Source: an uncultured bacterium
Lineage (GTDB): Bacteria; Krumholzibacteriota; Krumholzibacteriia; JACNKJ01
DNA length: 64,000 nt
Direction: 5' to 3'
NCBI GenBank assembly: GCA_963695095.1
Contig: CAVOFT010000001.1
Coordinates: forward strand, 2,624,001-2,688,000
Each line of letters begins with the position of its first letter. Within the stretch, counting starts at the first letter, position 1. The notes under the pieces are model-generated. The model was given only the letters and a program-made list of their open reading frames with translations, was not told the origin of the DNA and did no database searches. Shown here piece after piece: positions 28,576-41,652 of this stretch. Position numbers and translations under genes: made by a program.

Positions 28576-29658
28576 TCACTGCCATGCCCGGATCTCCTCG
28601 TAGGTGGTGCTGCGCTCGATCGGAGTGCGCCCTGCCTTGCTGATGAGGCGCACCAGCTCGTCCTGGGGAATGTGCTCGGGCGTGGCGCCGCCGGCGTCGT
28701 GCGTGATGCGCTCGCGCACCACCGTGCCGTCGATGTCGTTGGCGCCGAAGCAGAGGCCGAGCTGCGAGAGCTTCTCGCTGACCATGATCCAGTAGGTCTT
28801 GATGTTCGCGAAGTTGTCGAGGAAGAGCCGCGCCACGGCGAGCGTGCGCAGGTCGTCCAGGCCCGTGGTGAAGCTGTCAACTGGCAGGGGATTGTTCTCT
28901 GGGTGATACGCGAGCGGGATGAAGGCCATGAAGCCGCCGGTGCGGTCTTGCAGATCGCGCAGGCGGGCCATGTGGTCCACGCGGTCGGCCAGCGACTCGA
29001 TGTGCCCGTAGAGCATGGTGGCGTTGGAGCGCAGGCCGAGGCCGTGGGCGGTCTCGTGGACCTCGAGCCAGCGGCCCGTCCAGGACTTGCGGCCGCAGAG
29101 CTCCTCGCGGATCTCCTCCTGGAAGATCTCGGCGCCGCCGCCGGGCAGGCTGCCGAGGCCGGCGGCACGCATGTCCTCGAGCACCTCGGTCACGCTCCAG
29201 CCCGTGAGCTTCGTGAAGTGGTCGATCTCGACGGCGGTCCAGGCCTTCAGGTGCACGGCCGGGTGCGCCGCGTGCAGGGTGGCGATGATGCCGCGGTACC
29301 AGTCGTACTTCAGGTGCGGGTGGATGCCGCCCACGATGTGGATCTCGGTGGCGCCCTGGGCCTCCATGCCGGCCACGGCCGCCAGCATCTCCTCCGTGCT
29401 CATCGTGTAGCCGCGCGGGTCCTTCGCCGTGGCGGCGAAGGAGCAGAACTTGCAGTTCATCGCGTAGATGCAGAGGTTGGTCGGGTTGAGGTGCCGGTTG
29501 ATGTTGAAGTAGACCTTGTCGCCGTTCCGCGCGCGGTTCGCCCGGTCGGCGAGACGCCCGAGGGCGAACAGATCCTCGCTGGCATAGAGCGCCAGCGCGT
29601 CGTCGCGCGTGAGGCGCTCGCCGGCCTCGAGCTTGGCTTGGATGGCAGCTAGCGACAT
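28576..29658 (-). CDS. mqnE: Aminofutalosine synthase (radical SAM)
   Basis: VYFNINRHLNPTNLC...CKFCSF, HIVGG, KAWTAVEI, LPGGGAEIF, SNATMLYGHIE, DIDGTVVRERITHDAG. Confidence 0.93.
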   Translation of the reverse strand: MSLAAIQAKLEAGERLTRDDALALYASEDLFALGRLADRANRARNGDKVYFNINRHLNPTNLCIYAMNCKFCSFAATAKDPRGYTMSTEEMLAAVAGMEAQGATEIHIVGGIHPHLKYDWYRGIIATLHAAHPAVHLKAWTAVEIDHFTKLTGWSVTEVLEDMRAAGLGSLPGGGAEIFQEEIREELCGRKSWTGRWLEVHETAHGLGLRSNATMLYGHIESLADRVDHMARLRDLQDRTGGFMAFIPLAYHPENNPLPVDSFTTGLDDLRTLAVARLFLDNFANIKTYWIMVSEKLSQLGLCFGANDIDGTVVRERITHDAGGATPEHIPQDELVRLISKAGRTPIERSTTYEEIRAWQ

Positions 29659-29803
29659 CGCTTCCCCCCGGCAGGTCCGCCGAATATAGACGGGCCGGCG
29701 GCGCGCGACAAGCCTCAGTGCGGCATTGCGCTTGGGGATATCGGAGCCGTTACTCCGCGAAGCCGCGCTTGACCGCGTCGCTGCGCGGCACTAGCCTGCC
29801 GGC

Positions 29804-30760
29804 ATGCGCAGCTCACTCGCTCTCTTCGCGCTCATTCTTCTTGTCGCCTGCGCCGGCGGCTGCGCCTCCGATGCCGCGGGTGTTGGGACGGGCGAGGCCC
29901 AGGTGGGCCATGTCGCCGCGGGCGAGGCCGGGCCGGGCGAAGCCGGGCCGCGCGGCAAGCCGGCGCCCGTGCCGCTGCCCGCGGCGCTGCTCGCGCGCAA
30001 TGCACCCGGGGCGCTCTTCGCGCCCGCGGCCCTGGACTCCATCCTCGCCGCCGAGCAGGGCCTGCCCACGGCGCTTCGCATCGGGCGCTGGGCGCGGCGC
30101 TTCCTCGCCGACCCGGCCAGCGAGTACCGCTTCGGCCTCCTCGCGGGCGGCTACGTGGCGGAGGGACTGCTGGTCAGCGACCATCGCCAGGACTGCGTGA
30201 GTTTGCTCTATCGCGCGACCGAGCTGGCGCGGGCCCGGGACCACGAGGATGCCCTGCGCGTGGCCCTGGCCACGCGCTTCACCAATGCGCCCTGGGATTC
30301 GCTCGTCGATGCCGCCGGCGGCGTGGACTACGAGCGCCCCGAGCACCTCGACTACAGCCTCGACATGGTGCGCAGCGGCCACTGGGGCGAGGACATCACG
30401 GCGCGGCTGACGGGCGCGCGGCCGGATCCCATTGGCTCGAGCCGCTACGCGGCGGGCAGCTTCGTCGTCGTGCCCGAGTCGGCCCTGGTCGTGGGCGAAC
30501 TCGCCGAGGGCGACCTCGTCTGGTTCGTGCTGGACCCGGCCAATGCCGGCGCGCGCAAGCTGCGCGAGGAGCATGGCCTCGTGATCGGGCACATCGGGAT
30601 CATCGTTGTGGAGAATGGCGAGCGGAGGCTGATCCACGCCGCGAGCAGCCCGCTGCCGGGCGAGTACGCCGGCGGGCGGGTGGTCTCCGTGCCCTTGGCA
30701 ACTTACCTGGCTCGGGTCGAGCGCTACGGGGCGGTGGTTGTTACTCGGTTCGCGGACTAG
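29804..30760 (+). CDS. Exported NlpC/P60-type amidase-like protein (DUF1460-like)
   Basis: Lipoprotein-like signal; DCVSLL (Cys), IGHIGII (His), LIHAASS, YLARVERYGAVVVTR. Confidence 0.75.
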   Translation: MRSSLALFALILLVACAGGCASDAAGVGTGEAQVGHVAAGEAGPGEAGPRGKPAPVPLPAALLARNAPGALFAPAALDSILAAEQGLPTALRIGRWARRFLADPASEYRFGLLAGGYVAEGLLVSDHRQDCVSLLYRATELARARDHEDALRVALATRFTNAPWDSLVDAAGGVDYERPEHLDYSLDMVRSGHWGEDITARLTGARPDPIGSSRYAAGSFVVVPESALVVGELAEGDLVWFVLDPANAGARKLREEHGLVIGHIGIIVVENGERRLIHAASSPLPGEYAGGRVVSVPLATYLARVERYGAVVVTRFAD

Positions 30761-31454
30761 GCGCGATTCGGGTCGGCGCCTGGCCTGTCCCCGCTGCCAC
30801 CCAGGCCCGCCCCGCCGGCGAGGCGAACCACCTCTCGATCTCGGCGAAGCTCGAGAAGGGCCGATGCGCGATGCCTCGCACCTCCAACCACTCGGCGAGG
30901 GCTCCCTTCGCGAAGACGAGATCCGCCCGCCCGGCCGGGCAACGGTCCGTGGTGCCGTCGCCGATGTAGACCGTGCGCGTCCCGATCGCCGCAATCTGTG
31001 CCAGGTGCCAGCTCTTGCAGTGATTGCAGAGCGCGTTGATGCGCGGCGTGGTCGCGGGCACGACGCGCCAGCGGCCGTCCGCCTCGAAGGCGAGACCGTT
31101 GGCCGCGAAGGGCAGATCGGCCAGGCCCTCCCGCTCGAGCACGGCCTGGATCAAAGGCGCGAGCCCCCCCGAGAGGATGGTCAGCGGCCAGCCGCGCTCC
31201 CGGCAGAAGGCCACGAAGCCTGCGAAGCCGGGATCCACGGGCACGGCCGCCAGCACCTGCCCCAGCGCCTCCGCCCAGGGCGCGCGGAGCAGGGCTACCT
31301 CATCGCGCAAACCCTGCTCTTCGCTGAGCGTGCCCGCCTCCACCCGGCGCTCGATCTCGAGCCACGACGAGCCCGCGTAGTGATCGAGCAGGTGGACGAG
31401 CGTGTCCTCGGCCGTGATCGTGCCGTCGAAATCCGTGAAGACGTTGACCTTCAT
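30741..31454 (-). CDS. HAD-IB phosphatase (MtnX-like)
   Basis: FTDFDGTITAED, ILSGG, CNHCK, YIGDGTTDRCPA, VFAK. Confidence 0.88.
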   Translation of the reverse strand: MKVNVFTDFDGTITAEDTLVHLLDHYAGSSWLEIERRVEAGTLSEEQGLRDEVALLRAPWAEALGQVLAAVPVDPGFAGFVAFCRERGWPLTILSGGLAPLIQAVLEREGLADLPFAANGLAFEADGRWRVVPATTPRINALCNHCKSWHLAQIAAIGTRTVYIGDGTTDRCPAGRADLVFAKGALAEWLEVRGIAHRPFSSFAEIERWFASPAGRAWVAAGTGQAPTRIAPSPRTE

Positions 31455-31623
31455 TTATTCCTGCTCGCTCGTGCCGTGGCCGTGGGCCGGGGCCAGCCGC
31501 GGCCGGTCAGGCGCTTGCGCCGCCTCTCCGGCCGCGCTAGACTTGCCGGTTCCGGCCTCGCACCTGGCGTGGAGGCCTATCCATAGCCCAGCCGATTCGC
31601 CGTGGCAAGCCCAGGAGTCCAGC

Positions 31624-34290
31624 ATGGCCGACGCCAAGCCCCAGCCCAAGTACCTCAAGGACTATCGTCCCAGCGCCTGGCTCATCGACACCGCCGAGCT
31701 GCGGGTCGAACTCGGTGAGGAGGGCACGCTCGTCCACGCCAGGCTCGCCCTGCGGCCCAATCCCGACCCGAAGGCCGAGCGCGGTCCGCTGGTGCTCCAC
31801 GGCCGCGAGCTGGAACCCGTGTCGCTGGCCCTGAACGGCAAGGCGCTCGCGCCCGCCGACTACCGCATCGAGGACGGCCGCCTCCACCTGCCCAGCGCCA
31901 AGGGCGACTGCGTCCTCGAGAGCACGGTGCGCATCCACCCCGAGACGAACACCAGCCTCGAGGGCATCTATCGCTCCGGCGGCAACTTCTGCAGCCAGTG
32001 CGAGGCCGAGGGCTTCCGCAAGATCACCTGGTTCCTGGACCGCCCCGACGTCATGGCCCGCTACACCGTGCGCATCGAGGGCGACAAGCAGCGCTACCCG
32101 GTGCTGCTGTCCAACGGCAACCTCATCGAAAGCGGCGCGCTGGCCGGCGGCGGCCACTTCGCCGTCTGGCAGGACCCCTTCCCCAAGCCCTGCTACCTGT
32201 TCGCCCTCGTGGCCGGCGACCTCGTGCACCTGGAGGACCGCTTCCGCACGCGCTCGGGCCGCGAGGTCACCCTGCGCATCTACGTGCGAGGCGGCGACCT
32301 CGAGAAGACCCCCCACGCCATGCGCTCGCTGAAGAAGTCCATGCAGTGGGACGAGGACACCTACGGCCTCGAGTACGACCTGGACGTGTTCAACATCGTC
32401 GCCGTCAGCGACTTCAACATGGGCGCCATGGAGAACAAGTCGCTGAACATCTTCAACTCGAAGTACGTGCTGGCCAGCGAGGAGACGGCCACCGACGCCG
32501 ACTACGTGAACGTCGAGGGCGTCATCGCCCACGAGTACTTCCACAACTGGACGGGCAACCGCGTCACGCTGAGCAGCTGGTTCCACCTGAGCCTGAAAGA
32601 GGGGCTCACCGTGTTCCGCGACCAGCAGTTCACCGCCGACATGAACTCGGCCGCCGTCAAGCGCATCGACGACGTGCGCACCCTGCGCGCCAGCCAGTTC
32701 CCCGAGGACGCGGGGCCGATGGCCCACCCGATCCGCCCGCCCAGCTACATCGAGATGAACAACTTCTACACCACCACGGTCTACGAGAAGGGCGCCGAGG
32801 TGATCGGCATGATCCACACCCTCCTGGGCGCCGAGGGCTTCCGCAAGGGGATGGACCTCTACTTCCAGCGCCACGACGGCCAGGCGGTGACCACCGACGA
32901 CTTCGTCGCCGCCATGGCCGATGCCACGGGCGTCGACCTCACCCAGTTCAAGCTCTGGTACGATCAGGCCGGCACGCCCACGCTGAAGGTGAGCCGCAGC
33001 TACGACGCCGCGGCCAGGCGCTTCACGCTCACGGTGAAGCAGAGCATCCCCGACACGCCCGGCCAGTCGCACAAGAAGCCCATGCACATTCCCTTCGCCA
33101 TGGGCCTCCTCGACGGCGCCGGCCGCGAGATCCCGCTGCGCCTGGACGGCGAGGCCAAGGCCGGCCCCGGCCACCGCGTGCTCGACCTGCGCGAGGGCGA
33201 GCAGCGCTTCCGCTTCCTCGACGTGCCCGAGGCCCCCGTGCCTTCGCTGCTCCGCGGCTTCTCGGCGCCGGCCTACCTGGAGACGGACCTCTCCCACGCG
33301 GAGCTGAGCTTCCTGATGGGCCACGACCCGGACAGCTTCAACCGCTGGGAGGCGGGGCAGCAGCTGGCTACGAGCCTGCTCCTGGACCTCATCGCCGACC
33401 AGGCCGCCGGCCGCCCGCTCGCGGCCGACCCCGTGCTCATCGAGGCCTTTCGCGCCGTGCTCGAGGACCGCCGGCTCGACCCGGCGCTCGCGGCGATGAC
33501 GCTCACCCTGCCCGACACCAAGACCCTGGCCGAGCGCGTGGCCGTCATCGACCCCGAGGCCATCCACGGCGCCCGCAAGTTTCTGCGCAAGAGCATCGGC
33601 GCCGCCCTGCGCGAGCAGTTCGCGGCCGTCTACGCGGCGAACCAGGACCAGGGGCCCTATCGCCTGGAGCCCGCGGCGATGGGCCGGCGCAGCCTCAAGA
33701 ACTGCGCCCTCGCCTACCTGGTCAGCCAGGAGGACGCCGCCGGCCGCGCGCTCGCGCTCGCGCAGTTCAAGGCCGCCGACAACATGACCGACAGCTTCGC
33801 CGCCCTGGCCGTGCTCAGCGATCAGGCCGGCCCCGAGCGCGAGGAGGCCCTGGCCGCCTTCGACGCCCGCTGGCGCGCGGACGAGCTGGTGATGGACAAG
33901 TGGTTCAGCGTGCAGGCCATGTCCAGCCTGCCCGATACGCTCGCGCAGGTCGAAGCGCTGATGCGCCACGCGGCCTTCGACATCAAGAACCCGAACAAGG
34001 TGCGCGCCCTGATCAGCAGCTTCGCCCACGGCAACCTGCTGCGCTTCAACGCCGCCGACGGCGCCGGCTACCGCTTCATCGCCGAGCGCGTGCTCGAACT
34101 CGACGCGCTGAACCCGCAGGTGGCCGCCCGCCTCGTCGCCTGCTTCAACCGCTGGACGAAGTTCGACGCCGCCCGCCAGCAGATCATGCGCGGCGAGCTG
34201 GAGCGCATCGAGGCCAAGAGCGGCCTCTCGCGCAATGTCTACGAGATCGTCTCCAAGGCCCTGGCGATGGCGCGGGCGGCCACGAGCTAG
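31624..34290 (+). CDS. pepN: Aminopeptidase N (M1)
   Basis: AGGAG RBS, ATG at 31624; QCEAEGFRKIT, GAMENK, HEYFHNWTGNRVT, KEGLTVFRDQ, NPNKVRAL. Confidence 0.97.
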   Translation: MADAKPQPKYLKDYRPSAWLIDTAELRVELGEEGTLVHARLALRPNPDPKAERGPLVLHGRELEPVSLALNGKALAPADYRIEDGRLHLPSAKGDCVLESTVRIHPETNTSLEGIYRSGGNFCSQCEAEGFRKITWFLDRPDVMARYTVRIEGDKQRYPVLLSNGNLIESGALAGGGHFAVWQDPFPKPCYLFALVAGDLVHLEDRFRTRSGREVTLRIYVRGGDLEKTPHAMRSLKKSMQWDEDTYGLEYDLDVFNIVAVSDFNMGAMENKSLNIFNSKYVLASEETATDADYVNVEGVIAHEYFHNWTGNRVTLSSWFHLSLKEGLTVFRDQQFTADMNSAAVKRIDDVRTLRASQFPEDAGPMAHPIRPPSYIEMNNFYTTTVYEKGAEVIGMIHTLLGAEGFRKGMDLYFQRHDGQAVTTDDFVAAMADATGVDLTQFKLWYDQAGTPTLKVSRSYDAAARRFTLTVKQSIPDTPGQSHKKPMHIPFAMGLLDGAGREIPLRLDGEAKAGPGHRVLDLREGEQRFRFLDVPEAPVPSLLRGFSAPAYLETDLSHAELSFLMGHDPDSFNRWEAGQQLATSLLLDLIADQAAGRPLAADPVLIEAFRAVLEDRRLDPALAAMTLTLPDTKTLAERVAVIDPEAIHGARKFLRKSIGAALREQFAAVYAANQDQGPYRLEPAAMGRRSLKNCALAYLVSQEDAAGRALALAQFKAADNMTDSFAALAVLSDQAGPEREEALAAFDARWRADELVMDKWFSVQAMSSLPDTLAQVEALMRHAAFDIKNPNKVRALISSFAHGNLLRFNAADGAGYRFIAERVLELDALNPQVAARLVACFNRWTKFDAARQQIMRGELERIEAKSGLSRNVYEIVSKALAMARAATS

Positions 34291-35069
34291 GGCAGGGCGA
34301 GCAGGCGCTCGACGAGGGCCAGGCTGGGCGGGGCCAGCTGCATCCGATGGGCCGCGCACCAGGCGGCCAGGGCCGCCGGCGCCGCCGCGGGAAAGTGCAG
34401 CCGGGCGGCCTCATGGGCATCGCTGGCCCGCGCCGCGCGCGCAGCCAGACCGGCGGCATCCAGGCCGACGCGGAAGCGCCAGATGAGCTCGGGCTTCCCC
34501 GCCGCGCTCTCGATGAGCCCAAGCAGGCGGCCGTCTTCCAGCTCCTGGGCACCGAGGCCGAACTCCTCGGCCAGCTCCGTCTCCATGGCAAGCAGGGGAT
34601 CCGGCGCGCCCGCGCGCCAGTGCCGTTCGGGCTCCACGTGCCCCCCGCACACGTGCAGGAGGCCCGCGCCTTCGGCGAGCCGCGCCCCGCGCTCGGCGAC
34701 GGCGAGGCGGCCGTCGGCCGTGAGGACGCCGGCGCAGACGGCCAGGGGCCTCGCCACCGCCTCCTCGCCGAAGCGCATCACCAGCGGCGCGCGCCGGCCC
34801 TGGGCGTGCAGCCAGAGGCGGTAGTCGGTGCGGCCGAGCGCGAGCTGGAGGCGGCCGGCGGCGAAGCGCGCGGCGAGGAGCTGGGCGAGCGGCCCGGGGA
34901 AGCGAAAGACGGCGGGGGACTCGCGCTCGAGAGCCGCCCAGTGCATCTCGGCCTCGGCGACGAGGGCGGCGGGCGCGGGCGGCAGCTCCCGCCAGGCGAC
35001 GGCCAGGGCCGCCGCCGCGGGCAGCTCGCCCTGCCAGAGCCAGCGGTAGGGTGCCGCCCCCGCGTTCAA
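34287..35069 (-). CDS. NUDIX-like hydrolase
   Basis: TTG start overlapping the upstream stop; LGRTDYR, VLTADG, GGHVEP...METELAEEFGL variant Nudix box. Confidence 0.7.
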   Translation of the reverse strand: MNAGAAPYRWLWQGELPAAAALAVAWRELPPAPAALVAEAEMHWAALERESPAVFRFPGPLAQLLAARFAAGRLQLALGRTDYRLWLHAQGRRAPLVMRFGEEAVARPLAVCAGVLTADGRLAVAERGARLAEGAGLLHVCGGHVEPERHWRAGAPDPLLAMETELAEEFGLGAQELEDGRLLGLIESAAGKPELIWRFRVGLDAAGLAARAARASDAHEAARLHFPAAAPAALAAWCAAHRMQLAPPSLALVERLLALP

Positions 35070-36031
35070 AGCAGCACCTCGTCGCCGGTCTCGGCGGCCC
35101 GCCGGCAGGCCGCGCAGATGCGCAGGGCCGCCAGCCCCTCGGCGGCGGGAATGGGGTTCGGCCCCGCCCCGCGCAGGTGGCGCTCCCAGTCGGCGAGAAG
35201 CGGCGGCAGGGTGGGCCCCGGCGCCGCCACGGGCAAGGCCTCGGCGCGCGCCCCCACCACGAAGGCCAGCCTGCCGTGGATCTGATCGCCCTGGAGCTGG
35301 CCCGCCTCGCCGACGAATTCGTAGCGACCGCAGCGGGCGGGACCCACCTTGCTCACGTCCACGTTGCCGAGCAGATCCCCTTCCAGGCGCAGCGTGGCGA
35401 GCACCTGATCCTCGAGCTGCGGGTTGAAGCGCCGGCGGCTCTCGGCGCGGACGGCCTGCACCTCGCGCCCGGTGATGAAGCGCAGGGCGTCGAAGAGGTG
35501 CACGGCCGTGTGCAGGATGACGCCGCCGCCGGCCACCGCCGGCTCCGTCAGCCAGGGGTGGCTGGAGCGCTCCAGGCGCTGGTTGGCGCTGAAGCCGCAG
35601 AGGCGCCCGGCGCGGCCCAGCTCGGCGCGCAGGGCGAGGATCACGCTGTTGTAGCGCAGCGTCTGGGCCACGGTGAAGGGCGCTCCCGCCGCCGCCATCG
35701 CGGCCAGCATGGCCTCCCCGGCCGCGGGATCCACGGCGAGCGGCTTCTCGATCAGCAGGGGCTTGCCGGCAGCGGCGCAGGCGGCGGCGATGGCCGGGTT
35801 CAGGTCCGGCGTGGCGGCGGCGATCACGGCGTGCACCGCAGCGTCGGCGACCAGATCCCGCCAGTCGGGATGCCAGCGACAGCTCCAGGCGCGCGCCTGC
35901 TCGGCGCCTGCCCCGCTGCGGCGGCTGATGGCGACCAGGCGCAGCCCGCCCGCTCGCTCGCCGAGGTGCTGCGCGTAGCGGGCGCCGTGAACGCCGCTGC
36001 CGATGAGCCCGACGCCGAGGGCGGCGGCCAC
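35066..36031 (-). CDS. Gfo/Idh/MocA-family oxidoreductase
   Basis: VGLIGSG, LIEKPLA, GGGVILHTAVHLFD. Confidence 0.88.
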   Translation of the reverse strand: MAAALGVGLIGSGVHGARYAQHLGERAGGLRLVAISRRSGAGAEQARAWSCRWHPDWRDLVADAAVHAVIAAATPDLNPAIAAACAAAGKPLLIEKPLAVDPAAGEAMLAAMAAAGAPFTVAQTLRYNSVILALRAELGRAGRLCGFSANQRLERSSHPWLTEPAVAGGGVILHTAVHLFDALRFITGREVQAVRAESRRRFNPQLEDQVLATLRLEGDLLGNVDVSKVGPARCGRYEFVGEAGQLQGDQIHGRLAFVVGARAEALPVAAPGPTLPPLLADWERHLRGAGPNPIPAAEGLAALRICAACRRAAETGDEVLL

Positions 36032-36036
36032 GGCGC

Positions 36037-37197
36037 TCAGTAGAGGAACATCGGCATGCCGAGCACGCCGGCCACCTTGGCCCGGTACTTCTCGCTGTCG
36101 TAGAAGCGCTCGACATTCACCCGCTTCTTGCCCTGCACCGTCTCGCGCAGGGCGACATGGTCGTAGCGGCCCTCCCTCAGACAGACCATGTGGCCGGTCT
36201 GGCCCTTGAGCAGCAGGTCCATGGCCAGGTTGCCGAAGTTGCGCGCCACCATGCGGTCCAGGGAGTCGGGCTTGCCGCTGCGCATCAGGTAGGCCAGCTG
36301 CTGGTAGATGATGTGGCTGCCCGTGTGCCGCTTGATGTACTCGGCCGTGGCGCGGCCGATGCCGCCCAGCTTCTTGTGGCCGTAGGCGTCGGGTTCGCCC
36401 GCCTCCATGATCTCGCCGCCCTCCATCGTGGCGCCCTCGCTGATCGTCACCACGGCGTAGCCGCTCGGGTTGGCCGCCTTGTCGCGGGCGAGCATCTCGC
36501 TCAGGCGGGCGGGATCGAAGGGCACCTCGCTGATCAAGGTGCGGTCCACGTCCGCCAGCCAGCTTGTGATGAGGGCCGTCTCGCCGCTGTTGCGGCCGAA
36601 GAGCTCCACGACGAGGATGCGCTCGTGGCTGCCGGCCGGCGTGCGCAGGTCGTTGATCATGTCCACGCTGCGCGTGACGGCGGTGCTGAAGCCCAGGCAG
36701 TAGTCGGTGCCGAAGACGTCGTTGTCCATCGTCTTGGGAATGGCCACCACCTTGACGCCTTCGCGGTCCAGGCGCTCGGAGTAGCTGAGCGTGTCGTCGC
36801 CGCCGATGGTGACCAGGGCATCCAGGCCCAGGGCGGCGATGTTGGCGAGCACTGCCGGCGTCGCGTCCAGCTTGCCGTCGCGCTCCGCGAGGCTGCTGCC
36901 GGCTAGCGCGGCAGGCAGATCGCCCGGCTTGACGGCGCTGGGCTGCACGCGGCTGGTATGCAGGAAGGTGCCCCCCGCGCGGCTGACCGTGCGCACGGTG
37001 CCCTTGTCCAGGGATTGCAGGTGCTCGGCCCGCGAGGCGGGGTCATCCGGCAGCAGACGGAGCAGGCCCGCCCAGCCGCGGCGGATGCCGATCACCTCGA
37101 TGTCTTCGTCCACCGCGCGCTCGACCACGGCCCGGATGCAGGGGTTGAGACCGGGCACGTCGCCGCCGCCCGTCAAGATGCCGATCCGCTTGGCCAC
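36037..37197 (-). CDS. pfkA: 6-phosphofructokinase (PfkA family, PPi-type signature)
   Basis: GGAGG RBS, GTG at 37197; [43 protein letters not shown]. Confidence 0.93.
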   Translation of the reverse strand: MAKRIGILTGGGDVPGLNPCIRAVVERAVDEDIEVIGIRRGWAGLLRLLPDDPASRAEHLQSLDKGTVRTVSRAGGTFLHTSRVQPSAVKPGDLPAALAGSSLAERDGKLDATPAVLANIAALGLDALVTIGGDDTLSYSERLDREGVKVVAIPKTMDNDVFGTDYCLGFSTAVTRSVDMINDLRTPAGSHERILVVELFGRNSGETALITSWLADVDRTLISEVPFDPARLSEMLARDKAANPSGYAVVTISEGATMEGGEIMEAGEPDAYGHKKLGGIGRATAEYIKRHTGSHIIYQQLAYLMRSGKPDSLDRMVARNFGNLAMDLLLKGQTGHMVCLREGRYDHVALRETVQGKKRVNVERFYDSEKYRAKVAGVLGMPMFLY

Positions 37198-37340
37198 CGT
37201 GAGACCTCCCGCTATACTCCCGCTGATGTTTCGCCGCTCGCGCCGCCTCCGCAGGCGCGGCGGCCGGAGAGTGTAGCGGCTGTTCGTCCCTGCTGCAAGC
37301 AAGCCGCAGGGCCGGCGGCGGCCAGGCCAGGAGGTGGAGT

Positions 37341-37742
37341 GTGCGAACAGGTCGCGGGATCGACGCGGGGCCGCTGGCCTTGCTCGCTCTCGGCGTGGGC
37401 TTGGCGGCCGGCGGCTGCACTGGCTTCGCCGCGAGCAACGTCGGCGACCCCACCCTGCAGACGCGCCTGGACTTCCAGGCGCGCTTGGACTTGGTGCATC
37501 CCGGCATGCCGGCCGATTCGCTGGAACTGCTCTTCGTCCCGGCTGCCCAGCCGGGCGAGGCGGGCATCCTGCGCCGGACGCGCATCGTCACTGCCGAGGG
37601 CGAGAACGCCACGGTGTCCCTGGGCTGGCGCTCCGATCCCCGCCATCAGCTGGGCCGCAAGACCAGCCGGGAGGTCGAGGTCGAGCGCGCCCTCGTCGTC
37701 ATCGCCGGAGCGCGCGTGGTCAGCATCGAGCGGCGGGACTGA
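37341..37742 (+). CDS. Hypothetical lipoprotein
   Basis: AGGAGG RBS, hydrophobic signal ending AGGC; fills the gap between pfkA and nrdJ. Confidence 0.65.
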   Translation: MRTGRGIDAGPLALLALGVGLAAGGCTGFAASNVGDPTLQTRLDFQARLDLVHPGMPADSLELLFVPAAQPGEAGILRRTRIVTAEGENATVSLGWRSDPRHQLGRKTSREVEVERALVVIAGARVVSIERRD

Positions 37743-37793
37743 GGCAGTCCCGCCTGGCTGCCCCCTCGGGAGCAGACCCCCAGGCGCGGCCCG

Positions 37794-40673
<2,880 letters not shown>

Positions 40674-40884
40674 GGCGCTCTCCTATGGATAATTCGTCGC
40701 CAAGTGTCGCTCTCTGGTAAAGGGCGGGACTAGACCAAATATAACAGCTTCGCGGGAGGGCGAAGGGGCGGCGGTCGCCCGCACTCGGCACGGGCTGACT
40801 GCGCGCTGCCGGCCAGGCCGAGAGTCCTCTGGCCGCGGCGCCAATCCCTTGATTGCAAAGAGTTTGGCGCCATTGGAGCCCCTT

Positions 40885-40931
40885 ACACAATATGTAGGGG
40901 TACCCAGCTATGTAGCTACGACATGCAGGAG
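40885..40931. promoter_or_regulatory. Tandem NrdR boxes upstream of nrdJ
   Basis: ACACAATATGTAGGGG (40885-40900) fits acaCwAtATaTwGtgt; weaker CTACGACATGCAGGAG 31 bp away; minus-strand TTGACA at 40933-40938. Confidence 0.7.
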
Positions 40932-41132
40932 GTGTCAATCGGATTCGCTGGCGACCGGCGAGAAAAGCGGAGAGGGCTGCTGCCAAGAAAAACCCCGAAG
41001 CCATAACGGATTCGGGGCCTTGCGGTTGTCCAGCTGCAGAGACGGATGGAGCGGACTCCAGCCCTTCGCTAGGACTCGCCGAGTATACCATTCCTCCGCC
41101 AGCGGGGTCAACCAGCCTACCCCTGCCTCTCG

Positions 41133-41555
41133 CTAGCCGCCCAGGTGAGCGGCGATGCGCTCGGCGAGCTGCGCGAGCTCCGCGGCAGGGGCCGTCCCCG
41201 GCTGCCAGGGGCCCTTGAGGTCATCCCCACGCCAGCGGGGCAGGATGTGGAGATGAAAATGAGGCACGACCTGACCCGCTGCGCCACCATTGGATTGGTG
41301 CAGGTTGAAGCCCTCGGCGCCCGTGGCGGCGACGAGCGCCTTCGCCACGCGCTGGGCGGCGGCGAAGACCGCGTCGCGGTCGGCTGGCGGCAGCTCCAGA
41401 AAAGTCTCGGCATGGGCCTTGGGAATGACGAGGCTGTGCCCCGGTGTCCCCGGCTGGATGTCCAGAAAGGCGAGGACGCGCTCGTCCGCGAAGAGTCGAT
41501 ACGCTGGCAGCGCGCCGGCGGCAATCCGACAGAAAACGCAATCCACGGCGACCAC
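41133..41555 (-). CDS. HIT-family hydrolase
   Basis: DCVFCRI, AFLDIQP, GHSLVIPKAH, GQVVPHFHLHILPR histidine triad. Confidence 0.95.
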   Translation of the reverse strand: MVAVDCVFCRIAAGALPAYRLFADERVLAFLDIQPGTPGHSLVIPKAHAETFLELPPADRDAVFAAAQRVAKALVAATGAEGFNLHQSNGGAAGQVVPHFHLHILPRWRGDDLKGPWQPGTAPAAELAQLAERIAAHLGG

Positions 41556-41652
41556 CTCCGCCAGGCATTGTGCCCTCCGCCCGGGAGCCTGTAAAGGTGC
41601 ACTTGCCTGCTGCCGAAAAGGCCGCTATCGTCCAGCCGGCGGAGGAATCCCG

